DNA of 64,000 bases, taken from positions 248,001-312,000 of the forward strand of contig MU006091.1 of NCBI GenBank assembly GCA_010093705.1, given 5' to 3'. Made by a program: the position numbers and the translations under genes. The DNA is from Patellaria atrata CBS 101060. Its lineage: Eukaryota. The notes under the pieces were generated by a model. It saw only the letters and a program-made list of their open reading frames with translations. It was not told the DNA's origin and made no database searches. Position 1 is the stretch's first letter; every line of letters starts with the position of its first letter. Below, one piece after another: positions 12,649 to 22,599 of the stretch.

Positions 12649-13941
12649 ATGGGCGGTAAAGCCTTCATAACCCCTAGCCGGTCAGATGGAGCACTTGATG
12701 TCCCTCGTATGCCGCCAAACGTCTACCTCGAAGTACGAGACAAGTTTATAGCTATATGTGAAGATTACTTCGCCAGGGTACTGACACCCCCTGAAGCTCC
12801 AGGTAAGGACGATTATGGCGATATCGATATTCTTGTAGCGGAGCCCAAAGACCAGTTCAATCCAAGTAGTTTTGCACAGCACGTTGGCGCCGAAAGGTTC
12901 GTTGAGAATGGCCCTACCTCCAGCTATGCCATCCCCTACCCAGGAGAGCAAAACAAGTACATCCAGCTAGATATCCGTATGTGCGATCCAGCGGATCTAG
13001 AGTGGGAGACCTTTATGGGATCATATGGAGATCTAATGCAAATTCTGGGACAACTGCAAAGGGACTTAGGGCTCACGGCTACAAACAATGGACTGTATCT
13101 CAGGGCTGCGAATCCTCCTGATATTCCGAAGAAAGAGGGAATGATATTCCTTACTGCCGAGCCGAAGCGGTACATGAGGTTTTTGGAATTAGATCCAGAC
13201 AAGTACGACCAAGGGTTCGCTACGGACGAAGAGATTTTTAGCTGGTGTACTAACTCTCGATTCTTCTCTAGCGGGAACCGTGGGCAATTGAGGGACAATA
13301 CAAATGATAGGAGGCGGAAGAAGACGCGGAAGATGTTTGCAAAATTCCACGAGTACTGTTTCCTGAACGATCCCAATCTTAATTCTGTATCGAAGCCATG
13401 GTGTAGGCAAGAAGTCGCGGAGGAGGCTGTAAGATTCTTCGGTGTGGAGAAACAGTACCTTGAGATTCTATCTATAGTGAATGAAGTGCGCAAGGAGAGA
13501 CACCTATTTGAGAAGATCGCTATAAGTCTCCCGATCGAGCCGATAGATCAGCATTCGCGCCCTAAGAGTAGCGAAAAGGTGTTGTCAACAGAGGAACAAG
13601 TAGAAGTAGATGATTACATCAGGAAGAAGGAACAAGAAAGGAAATCCTCCGTCATTAGGTCACTCCGACGTTGGATAGTGTGGAGAGACAGTAGACCCGC
13701 GCTTAGAGACGAACCCATCAATGCTTCACATCAATCTTCATGGTCAAGGGAACTGGAAGTCTCGAAGTTCGACGAAGGAGAATTCATAGCGTGGATATGT
13801 GAGAACTGGCAAAAGGCCATATCCCTAGACCACGAGCATGTAAAGAAGAAGAAAACGGACGCAATGGAGAAGAAGCGTAGGTTAGAAGAAGAAGGAGCAT
13901 CGCATGGACAAGACATCCCAGGAAACGTAGATGAGTATTAG
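12649..13941 (+). CDS. Uncharacterised Pol-beta/PolX-superfamily nucleotidyltransferase-like protein
   Basis: Intronless, 430 aa. GKDDYGDIDILV gives a G-D-x-D motif, and a third Asp lies in YIQLDI. Confidence 0.7.
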   Translation: MGGKAFITPSRSDGALDVPRMPPNVYLEVRDKFIAICEDYFARVLTPPEAPGKDDYGDIDILVAEPKDQFNPSSFAQHVGAERFVENGPTSSYAIPYPGEQNKYIQLDIRMCDPADLEWETFMGSYGDLMQILGQLQRDLGLTATNNGLYLRAANPPDIPKKEGMIFLTAEPKRYMRFLELDPDKYDQGFATDEEIFSWCTNSRFFSSGNRGQLRDNTNDRRRKKTRKMFAKFHEYCFLNDPNLNSVSKPWCRQEVAEEAVRFFGVEKQYLEILSIVNEVRKERHLFEKIAISLPIEPIDQHSRPKSSEKVLSTEEQVEVDDYIRKKEQERKSSVIRSLRRWIVWRDSRPALRDEPINASHQSSWSRELEVSKFDEGEFIAWICENWQKAISLDHEHVKKKKTDAMEKKRRLEEEGASHGQDIPGNVDEY

Positions 13942-14914
13942 CACCAATGCCGTATCACGTCAGAGAACCACTATTAGGTAGTGCTACCCTAAGGCATGAA
14001 CTGGATATCTGGCGATTTGACGATATTATTCCCTTATATTCCTCTTGCGAGTCTCAAGCTTCTTTGGGGGTGTAGGCGTGTGTCAGCAATCACGTAAGAG
14101 GACGGAAGCCTAACGACAAACACTAAGGTACACTCTGTATAGATCTTCGGGCTCTTGGTAATATAACACCAATCATCATGTCCTCATGTGGAGGTCTATA
14201 GCGTACAGCCTTACCGATACCCGACCCTTTCTACGTAGCAGTGACTCTCATCTCGTACGCCGATTCCTTCGTGATATGCGCTCAAGAATACTATTGAAGG
14301 GAATTTCCTAAACTAAGCTACTCCAAATCTGTAGTGTCTTACTAGCGACTGAACATCTACTTGCATAGCGACCCTTTACCTTTCGTCCCTTTAACCCTAG
14401 GCAAAGTCACCCCAAACAGACCTAACATTCGGCAAATAGTAAGGGTGGATTAGGATAAATTGGCAATTCTCTGATATTTGTACGTGATACTGATTGTGGA
14501 TATGTTCTATGGGCCCTCAGTGTACAGAGAACACAGAGATTTCTTCCTTTCCTCCCCAATGGCTGTGGACTGATCCGTTACTGTACACTTATTGTTGATC
14601 CGATGGCGTACTCTTCATGCTAGCTCCGGTAGCATTCCCCATGGTTGTACAGCTCAAATCGGAGTCCTTTTCGTTACACAAGTATAGGTAGACTTGGAAT
14701 GCTGTATCGGGAAAGGGGTACATTTTAAAGATTGGAATTTTATCTTGCTCGATCCATCACACTAAGCGTATTGTTAGTGTTCATATTATACAGAAGACCA
14801 AAATACGTTTTGGATATGCAGATAATGGTACCCTTAAGAACCAAGTGCCGCCCAGCAATTATTCCTCATAACTCCGCGCTCAATGCAAGCCGAAATTCCA
14901 GAGCACACCCTACA

Positions 14915-16369
14915 CTAGTCCCCGAACTTCTCATCCAGAATAAACCTAATTAGACCCGTCTTGCCCAATTCCACCAATCTTCCTCCTATTGTCTCTCCCA
15001 CCTTATCCACGATCCTCTCCCGCAAATCATCACCTTCGTCAATATCCATCACGTCCCTATTGGCGATATACACCCCCAGCGTCTGCAGCGCTTTCACTAT
15101 AGCGCCAGCAACAATATCAACTTCGAGCCTCTCACCACGTTCCACCGCTTCCGTGAGTACGCTATCGAATAGCTTGAGGTTCGGCAGGACCAGCTGCCGA
15201 ACGCCATCTGGACCTGAGAGCGCGGTGAGTCCGATGATCGCACCATAGTACACACCGAGCGGTTTGAGTGGATCGAGGAATAGTTTGAGATACGTGCGCG
15301 CGAGCCGCGGACGAAGGTTTACGGAGGTGCCAGAATACTTCTTCAGAATGTGAGTGAGGAGGGAGGCCGCATGGTTGCGGAGCTCGAAGTGAGCTGGTAT
15401 GACGGCATGCGCGCCATTCCCGTTGCCATTTATTTCGGCCTGGCTTGGTTGGTTGGGTGGGCCTAGGCGCTTCCCGACGAGGCAGGTCAGGATGGCGGGG
15501 ATGAGGTTCGCAATGTAGGGGTCCATGAAGAGGGCGGGGTTCTCAAGGAGAGCGGAGGCCAGATGAAGCGCTTGGTTGAGGGTAAAGAGGTCTTTGAGGC
15601 CGTGAGTTACTTTTTCGTTTACGAAGTGGACAAAGTAGGGGATCAGTTGATGGAGTCCTGGATCCGTTCGGAGAGATGCGAGTGCCGCCAAACGGTATTC
15701 GTCATTATGTTCATCGGCCATTGCGGCTACGATGCGGTCGAAATAGAGTTGTAGTTCCTTGGAAAGGACGTGTTTAACTAGGGGTTTGGCGGTAGTGGAT
15801 GATGCGGCGAGGTTGGTGGGAGTTGCTTTGGCGGTATTCGACGGAGCGGAAGAGAGGGTAGGATTCTGTGGGATAGAAGGTTGGGTACCTTCAACAGCTA
15901 GCCAGTGAGCTGAAATAGATAGTGTCAGTATTTTGTGTTTTCACTGTCGACCCACTGGCCGAACAAGCCGAATGTTCACAATTGTCTTGAGAAACGTACC
16001 AGTGAACGTAATTTCCCTAGGAACCTTGGGAAGCGGCGCATTGATAAGTTTCTCAAAGTCCACTTCCTCATCCTCAACATAAAAGAGAGGCTGTCCTGGA
16101 CCTATTGAAGCTTCCCCAAACCTCAAGGGTCTAGTGCTTTCATACCCGTAAAGCGGCTCCACACTCAATACCCTCAGCGCATGTGTGATATCGCTTGTGT
16201 TCAACGTCGTGCGCTTGGAGTGTCGCATGAATTTCAACGCTTCCTCAAGTACTTGCTGTATCCGGAATTCGACATCTCGAGCAAGGTTCTCAGTTACATC
16301 TTTGGAAAGAGAGGCAATTCCCACGGATTCCGCTACATCACGGATGTTATCAGGATTCCACACTGACAT
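14915..16369 (-). CDS. TAF6: TFIID/SAGA subunit 6
   Basis: H4-like histone fold ([35 protein letters not shown]). Intron 15910-15999, then [23 protein letters not shown] and [14 protein letters not shown]. Confidence 0.95.
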
Positions 16370-16707
16370 CGTTATTTATTCAGCGGTTCCAGCCGTAGAG
16401 AAGAGGGTTTCAAATTTTCAGGAGGAGATCGCAAGTAAGGTGGAAGGGAAACTATTGAGGATAACGCATTCCTGGATTAAAAGCATCAAAGTCAATATTA
16501 AGATCTGATCTTGAACCGCCTGGTCGCCGGTTAAAAGTAAATATTAGCTTTGACAGACTCTATTGACGCAAACAATAGAAAAGACCATTAGGCATGTGAT
16601 CGTGAATCGAGCGCCAAATCTTTTGAGGTGAAGCTAATGAGAGAGCTCGGCTTGGAAACCTGAAGCTATCGCGTCAGGGTGCCAGTGCGTCCTCTGGCTC
16701 ACATCCG

Positions 16708-16726
16708 CCCCGCCCCGCCCCGCCCC
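16708..16726 (-). repeat. (GGGGC)n repeat, potential G-quadruplex in the TAF6/NDK1 divergent promoter
   Basis: The plus strand reads CCCCGCCCCGCCCCGCCCC, giving four G4 tracts with 1-nt loops on the minus strand. Confidence 0.6.
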
Positions 16727-16953
16727 GCCACACCACCGTTCCCATCCCGAATACATAGACCGCCAAAATCCCAAATTGGAACAACCCCACTTCCGTTAAA
16801 CCCCACCATCTGCACGGCCAACACTAAACAATTTTTCGAATGTCCTCAGAACAACTACTAGACTCCGAACCTGCTATTCTCAAATTCGTTGGGCCTAAAG
16901 ATCGCGCTAGAATAAAACATAATATCGAACTTCACAAGCAGAAACAGAACGAA

Positions 16954-17749
16954 ATGACTACTGAACAGACGTAAGTTGAATTGTATCATAGCGGGACCAT
17001 AATGTTTGCTGACAGGTGAATTAGCTTCATTGCTGTCAAGCCTGATGGCGTTCAGGTAATGCTACAGCGAAATTGACGTTACTATGAGAGAAATGACAAC
17101 TAATGTTGACCCCAGCGTGGATTGATTGGCCCCATCATTTCTCGTTTCGAGAACCGTGGGTATGTTTGCTCTCCCGTTCAATATGTTCTGTATCAGGTAG
17201 ACTGTGAGACTGACACTTCTCCAGCTTCAAGCTCGTGGCCATCAAGCTTATGACTGCATCCAAGGAGCACCTTGAGAAGCACTATGAGGATCTCTCCTCC
17301 AAGCCCTTCTTCCCTGGTCTCGTAACCTGTACGTACTGCATCCCTCGTACTTCTCTAAGACACCTTAGAGAGTCAAGAATAGCCTGGAATTACGATTTTT
17401 TGACAGCACTAACAAATAATTAGATATGGCATCCGGCCCAGTCTGCGCCATGGTGTGGGAAGGTCGTGATGTCGTGAAGACTGGCCGTGCCATCCTCGGT
17501 GCCACAAACCCTCTTCAATCCGCCCCCGGGACCATCCGGGGCGACTTTGCCATTGTACGTTCTTCGTTATTCCCCTTATATGTATACATGTAGATACTGA
17601 TATGGCATGAACAGGACGTTGGCCGCAATGTCTGCCACGGCTCTGATGCTGTAGACAGTGCCAAGAAGGAAATTGCTCTCTGGTTCAAGGAGGAGGAGCT
17701 TCAGAAGTGGAAGCCCGCCCAGTTTGACTGGGTCTACGAGAAGGCATAA
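16954..17749 (+). CDS. NDK1: Nucleoside diphosphate kinase (6 exons)
   Basis: Manual splicing gives [35 protein letters not shown]...|...[31 protein letters not shown]...WVYEKA*. Catalytic HGSD motif present. Confidence 0.95.
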
Positions 17750-17921
17750 TGCTGGAAAAAAGACGATTTATATCAGAAAATAAAACATCTTAAGATGTTG
17801 GAATGAATAAACTTAGAATAGGTGAATATCCAGATCGTCAGACAACGACTGTCATGCAAAGCCCACCTGAAATGCTCCGTCCTAAGATGCTCTATAATTT
17901 AGTTGATCCATATAACTTTTT

Positions 17922-20900
17922 TCACACACCTTGAATACCATTTGTCTCATTATCAGCCTGCACCGACTCCTTATCACCCTCAGCATCGGCCTCATCCTCC
18001 TGTAATCCCAACCCAGCCCACCAATTCCTCAACTTGGATACTGTATCTCTCTCCTCATCACCAAACTCTACCGGGGGACCTTTGATCTCTTCGCGCCCAC
18101 CATCAAACTCGCGGGCGAACATCGGATTCCCACCTCCATGGCCCAAATTACTAAACCTCCACACCACCCATGCACTACTCTCACCGCTAACTAAGATAGT
18201 ATTGCCGCCCTTTGTTGTTCGGACCTTGAAAGCGCGAAGCAAGACCACATCGCCTCTTTCTGCGAAAGGAAGCGCAGCCTTCCACGGCCGGAAAACCCGA
18301 ATGCTCACACGCTTGGGAAAGAAACCCGGGCTGGAGATGCTAAGCGTCGTACTCCAATCCCTCGGTCCCTTTTCCGCGCGCTTTGGTTCTTTTGATGCGC
18401 GAATCACGAGCGCCAGGACATCAACGGGATGCTGGGAAGCGTTGAGATAGATTGGGAGAGTCAATAGAGAGTGGTAGAAGGAGTGTTCGGTCCGAATACC
18501 TTTGAGTAAGTTGATATCTTGAGTGTTGAGGGACTCAGTAGAGGTTGAAGGGGTAATCTGTGGTGTTTCTTCTTTAGGGGATTCCAAGTCTGAATCTACG
18601 GATGACGGGCTCGCATGTTCGCTCTCCTCTTCTGAGCTAGCTGCTAGAACAGGGGCACTGGAGCGACGTGGCTGGAACCAGGTGCTTAAGACGTCTGGAA
18701 TAGCGCTGGAACGAGAATTGGGCTGTTTGCGCTTGAAATAGGAATGCTCTTTTTCGAAATCGAGAACGACGGGCCTCCTAAGATTCGATGTCGCCTCCAC
18801 TTCTCTCGTCTCCGTCTTAATCGAATTGGCTGTGGTCTCAACGAGAGATTCTTCTTGCGTCAAGCCTGTAGATTCCCGCTGCGTTAGCTGAGGTGTAGGA
18901 GGCATGGCATCTTGCTGATGTAGTGTAGGTGAAAGGGAATCATCCGCTTGTTGTTGGCTGGGATCCGGAGTTATCGGCAGGTTATTTGTTAGAAGTGATA
19001 GTTGATAGCTGGGTTCCACTTGGCGAATTAACGGTTGCGAGATGAATTCCGGGGGCGAAGAACGGGGTTCAGAACCCTTCGCAAGATTGGGATATTCGAC
19101 CTTTACTGAAATCACAGCAGAGGTCGGACCAATAAGTTGTTCTTCAGTGTGTGATTCGGGAGCAGATGAGGTAACTGAAAAGACTGATAAAGATGGCTCT
19201 TTCCCATTCAGGTGCATATCATCCGGGCTCTGTGACTCAATGACCGCCGTTTGTTTCGGTGATGTTTGCTCCGAGACTGGAATATGCTCTGGGCCATGCT
19301 GCCCCTCTGGAATCTCGGAACTGGAATGAATTGTGATATCGGAATGGGATGGAGCGGGTAAAGATTCATGACGCGCCAAAGGTACAAACGGTCTTGATCC
19401 AGCGGGCTTTTGACTGGCCAGTTGGCTCGCGCGCTGTCTCCTGTATTCTTCCTCGAATTTGAGACCATCGCTTGACATGTTGTCATCATCCCTTAACTCT
19501 TTTCGTGGTGGTTCTGAAGAGATGACAGTAGATATCGACGCTTGAGAATCTATACTTCCCTCCTCAGAATCTTTAACAAAACCTGGACCGTGTTTTGAGC
19601 TGATCTGACGGGTTATATATGAATGGGGTTGACTAGTCAGGGCTTCGACCTTTATGCCCTGTATTTCAGAAGGGGGTTCTACAGGGACTAGAGGAGGACT
19701 AGATAATAGGGAAGAGACTGAAGCTTGACCAGAACCTCCTGAAGGAATATCAAATTGTTTATGAAGTCTCTCAATAGCCTCCTGATCTTCAACTATACCT
19801 TCTGATGAAGGGAGGTTAGGGACGAAGTCATCATCATCCAGAGAAAGATTCGGTGCCTCATATTCATGGTCTGGCACAATAACGGCGTGATCCTGATCGT
19901 GACCTTCGAAGAAGGGTGATCCTTGATATTCTTCTAGAACCAGCTGTTCCTCATTCAATTGAGGCTGGGATAACCCGTGCTCATCTATAGGGCTGGAGTC
20001 GGAACCAAGGTCAATAACTTGACTAGTTCTTGGAGGGGAGTTATTGAGCTCTCGAGGTACACCAAGAGCTGGGTAAGAAATCGAGACAGTTGATTGAAGC
20101 AATTTTGACGGGTTTTCCGCAACGTCCCGAGCAAAGGGCTGTGTCTTATCAGAGTCATATCCAGTCTCTTCCATTTTTATAGGAGAACCACCGTCAACAT
20201 CCATCCCATCGAAAAACCGAGGTGATTCTCCGTCGTTACCTTCTGAGGGCGAATTTACTAGCGACCCTTTGTCTAGCCTGTTCTCTGCAAGGCTTAGACT
20301 CTCACCATCCATATCATGGTCATAAGTGTCAGAAATTAGTCTCTCAGGCTGCTGTACTGAATGATCAAGCTCCCTCTTCACGATCGAAATATCTTCTCTA
20401 GCGTCAGTCTTAGTCTCTTCAGCTTCCTCGCCTTCTGAGTCGTTTCCTAGAGGGTCGACAATGATTGAAAATTTTAAGTTATGATTATCTGCTGGTCGAC
20501 TTTCAGAGGGCACATGGTCCGCTTCACCAGCAACTACTTGCTGAGGGCTAGATCGCTGATGGGGTAATTCGGATTGTGGTGCGGTACCCGACCTTTCAAA
20601 AGCGTTGTCTCTCTTTGAAGATACGGTACCGTCAAGTCCGGAGGCAAAATCTTGGATTTGAGTAGAAGGGTCTTTCAAATTATGTGCGGGATAACCAATA
20701 GAATGAATATCTCTAGCTATCGATGATGTACTAGGCCCAATGGCAAAATAAGAACCCGAAGCACTAATTCCGGAAAACCCAGTGATGGGGGAGGGTAAGG
20801 GGAGGGAAGGAGATGGAATTGGCTTCAGTTTGGGTGTAGACGGACTATGTTGGGGGAAGGAAGCTGTTTTAGTGTCGTCTGGACGAACGAACGATGTCTG

Positions 20901-22358
20901 TAAAGCAGGTAACGATGGTGGTGGCATTGCCATGTGAAGCTGCTCACTAGGAGTCTCTTGTATCGTGTCCAGTTGTGAAATCTCGTGTTCTTTGGGAACG
21001 GACATCGACGCGTAGTCTTCCTCTTCCGTATCACTAAGATGTTCATAATGAGCACCTTGCTCTCCGTGTTGTCTTAACGACACAGTATCATCTCGAAAGT
21101 CAATATCGCCGCATTCGTCTAAACTGTCTTCTCTGTAAAGTCCCACCACACTCGTCCCCTGTGGAACATGTTCTTCATCAGAATTCGCGCCAGGTGATTG
21201 GTCATTTCTTCTAACAACTCGAATCGATGAGCTAGGTGTTCCAACAGAAGTGTTGACTTTCATTATCCCTTCAGTTCCGGAAAGCCCATCACTATTAATT
21301 ATCTCCTTGGTAAAATTTTCATAATCGATGCGCTGACCGTCATCAAATATAGGGGAGCCCTCTGATAATGCTTCTTGTTCGCCAAATTGTGATGTTTCTC
21401 CATCTGCTAATGCGGGACTTATGGCATGATCGATATCACTAGATTCCACAGTGATTAGTGGACTGGATAGTTGATAAGGTGAAGCGGGCTGATCCTCCGA
21501 GATAGTTTCATTTTGTATATCCAGTTGCGTTGAGGGAAGGAAATATGCGTCACCAACGATTGATATATATGGAGAGACAGGGGTTTGTAACTGTACAACT
21601 CGAGCAACGTTATCTTGCTCCTTGGAAGGACTTGAGAGGTCGCTGATGGGATCTCCATTTGGATCATATTCCTTTTCCGGAGATGGTGTGCGAGCAGAGA
21701 AATGCCAATTTCCAGTCTCGCCCCACGATTGTCTCAGTCTTTTCCTCCCCTTCCCTTCAACAAATCCGTCCGGTTCAGCGAAAGGATCGTATGGGTTGTG
21801 AAAAAACGGGCCTGAGGATAGACGCGTGCCCTTTAAGAATGCGGGGGAGGACCAGGTATCAGACGTTCTCAGGGCGCGTATTCTGCCAATTGCTGGAGTA
21901 CAAGGTTGATGCTCTGGAGTATGGCCCATGATAGGTAGGAAGAGATCGTCCGATGGCGACGTAGGGTCATTGATATCGATGTCTACTACCTGTTCGTTCT
22001 CTCGTTTAATTTTAATCGCAATTCTACGCCCATAACGGAGTTCCCAGTCCACAGATTTTCCCGGTGTCTTAGCTCCCTGCTCTTCATCTCTATCTACAAA
22101 CTGTGCGCCCGAGAGAGAGACCTCAACTTCATCACCAATTCCAATCCCACTCTTTGCCACAGCTTGTCCGCTTGCTCCAGTTAGTTGGACGCGAACTTGG
22201 CCTTTGTGACGGCGTAACCGGAAATCTTGATCGGCCAAAAGTAAACTGCATGTCCGGGTCGAGGAGGAATAAGGCCATATGAGCGTGATTACAGCCTTAA
22301 TCGATGCGGATTCGGGCGTGACCTTGGGGTCAAGAGAAGAGATTGACACCAGGGGCAT
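17922..22358 (-). CDS. Large protein with N- and C-terminal OB folds (POT1/Cdc13-like ssDNA-binding) and a long disordered linker
   Basis: 1478-aa ORF. C-terminal VDVLALV..KGPRDWSTTLSI..IRVFRPWKAALP..GDVVLLRAFKV matches the POT1-type OB pattern. The N-terminal beta-rich segment (IKAVITLIWPYS..QVRVQLTG..IGDEVEV) also looks like an OB fold. Confidence 0.75.
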   Translation of the reverse strand: MPLVSISSLDPKVTPESASIKAVITLIWPYSSSTRTCSLLLADQDFRLRRHKGQVRVQLTGASGQAVAKSGIGIGDEVEVSLSGAQFVDRDEEQGAKTPGKSVDWELRYGRRIAIKIKRENEQVVDIDINDPTSPSDDLFLPIMGHTPEHQPCTPAIGRIRALRTSDTWSSPAFLKGTRLSSGPFFHNPYDPFAEPDGFVEGKGRKRLRQSWGETGNWHFSARTPSPEKEYDPNGDPISDLSSPSKEQDNVARVVQLQTPVSPYISIVGDAYFLPSTQLDIQNETISEDQPASPYQLSSPLITVESSDIDHAISPALADGETSQFGEQEALSEGSPIFDDGQRIDYENFTKEIINSDGLSGTEGIMKVNTSVGTPSSSIRVVRRNDQSPGANSDEEHVPQGTSVVGLYREDSLDECGDIDFRDDTVSLRQHGEQGAHYEHLSDTEEEDYASMSVPKEHEISQLDTIQETPSEQLHMAMPPPSLPALQTSFVRPDDTKTASFPQHSPSTPKLKPIPSPSLPLPSPITGFSGISASGSYFAIGPSTSSIARDIHSIGYPAHNLKDPSTQIQDFASGLDGTVSSKRDNAFERSGTAPQSELPHQRSSPQQVVAGEADHVPSESRPADNHNLKFSIIVDPLGNDSEGEEAEETKTDAREDISIVKRELDHSVQQPERLISDTYDHDMDGESLSLAENRLDKGSLVNSPSEGNDGESPRFFDGMDVDGGSPIKMEETGYDSDKTQPFARDVAENPSKLLQSTVSISYPALGVPRELNNSPPRTSQVIDLGSDSSPIDEHGLSQPQLNEEQLVLEEYQGSPFFEGHDQDHAVIVPDHEYEAPNLSLDDDDFVPNLPSSEGIVEDQEAIERLHKQFDIPSGGSGQASVSSLLSSPPLVPVEPPSEIQGIKVEALTSQPHSYITRQISSKHGPGFVKDSEEGSIDSQASISTVISSEPPRKELRDDDNMSSDGLKFEEEYRRQRASQLASQKPAGSRPFVPLARHESLPAPSHSDITIHSSSEIPEGQHGPEHIPVSEQTSPKQTAVIESQSPDDMHLNGKEPSLSVFSVTSSAPESHTEEQLIGPTSAVISVKVEYPNLAKGSEPRSSPPEFISQPLIRQVEPSYQLSLLTNNLPITPDPSQQQADDSLSPTLHQQDAMPPTPQLTQRESTGLTQEESLVETTANSIKTETREVEATSNLRRPVVLDFEKEHSYFKRKQPNSRSSAIPDVLSTWFQPRRSSAPVLAASSEEESEHASPSSVDSDLESPKEETPQITPSTSTESLNTQDINLLKGIRTEHSFYHSLLTLPIYLNASQHPVDVLALVIRASKEPKRAEKGPRDWSTTLSISSPGFFPKRVSIRVFRPWKAALPFAERGDVVLLRAFKVRTTKGGNTILVSGESSAWVVWRFSNLGHGGGNPMFAREFDGGREEIKGPPVEFGDEERDTVSKLRNWWAGLGLQEDEADAEGDKESVQADNETNGIQGV

Positions 22359-22553
22359 GGTTGATATGAGCCCTGAGAGAGCTTATCGCCAATCAATTAT
22401 GATCCATTTGCTTCTGCAGACTATGCGGAAAGAGGAGGCTCGCGGTGATTGAAGCATTCCCTTCTCCTGCTGTGAAACTTTGGATTTGTGGCACGCTGGA
22501 AATCCTAACGCATAGCGGCAGATCTACGCTAGCGGGACTTGGCGCCAGTTGTC

Positions 22554-22599
22554 CGCGTTTAAGGCAGCGCGTCGCGTCCCGTTAAGGTTACCCGACGCG
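22554..22599. promoter_or_regulatory. Cluster of four MCB-like ACGCG elements upstream of the OB-fold gene
   Basis: CGCGT at 22554, 22568 and 22573 and ACGCG at 22595, about 200 bp upstream of the ATG at 22358. Confidence 0.45.

Noticed and set aside
17747..17810. Stop-codon readthrough giving a cryptic peroxisomal signal on NDK1 (also checked for cysB)
   Set aside because: No TGA-CTA context, and the extensions do not end in an SKL-like tripeptide.
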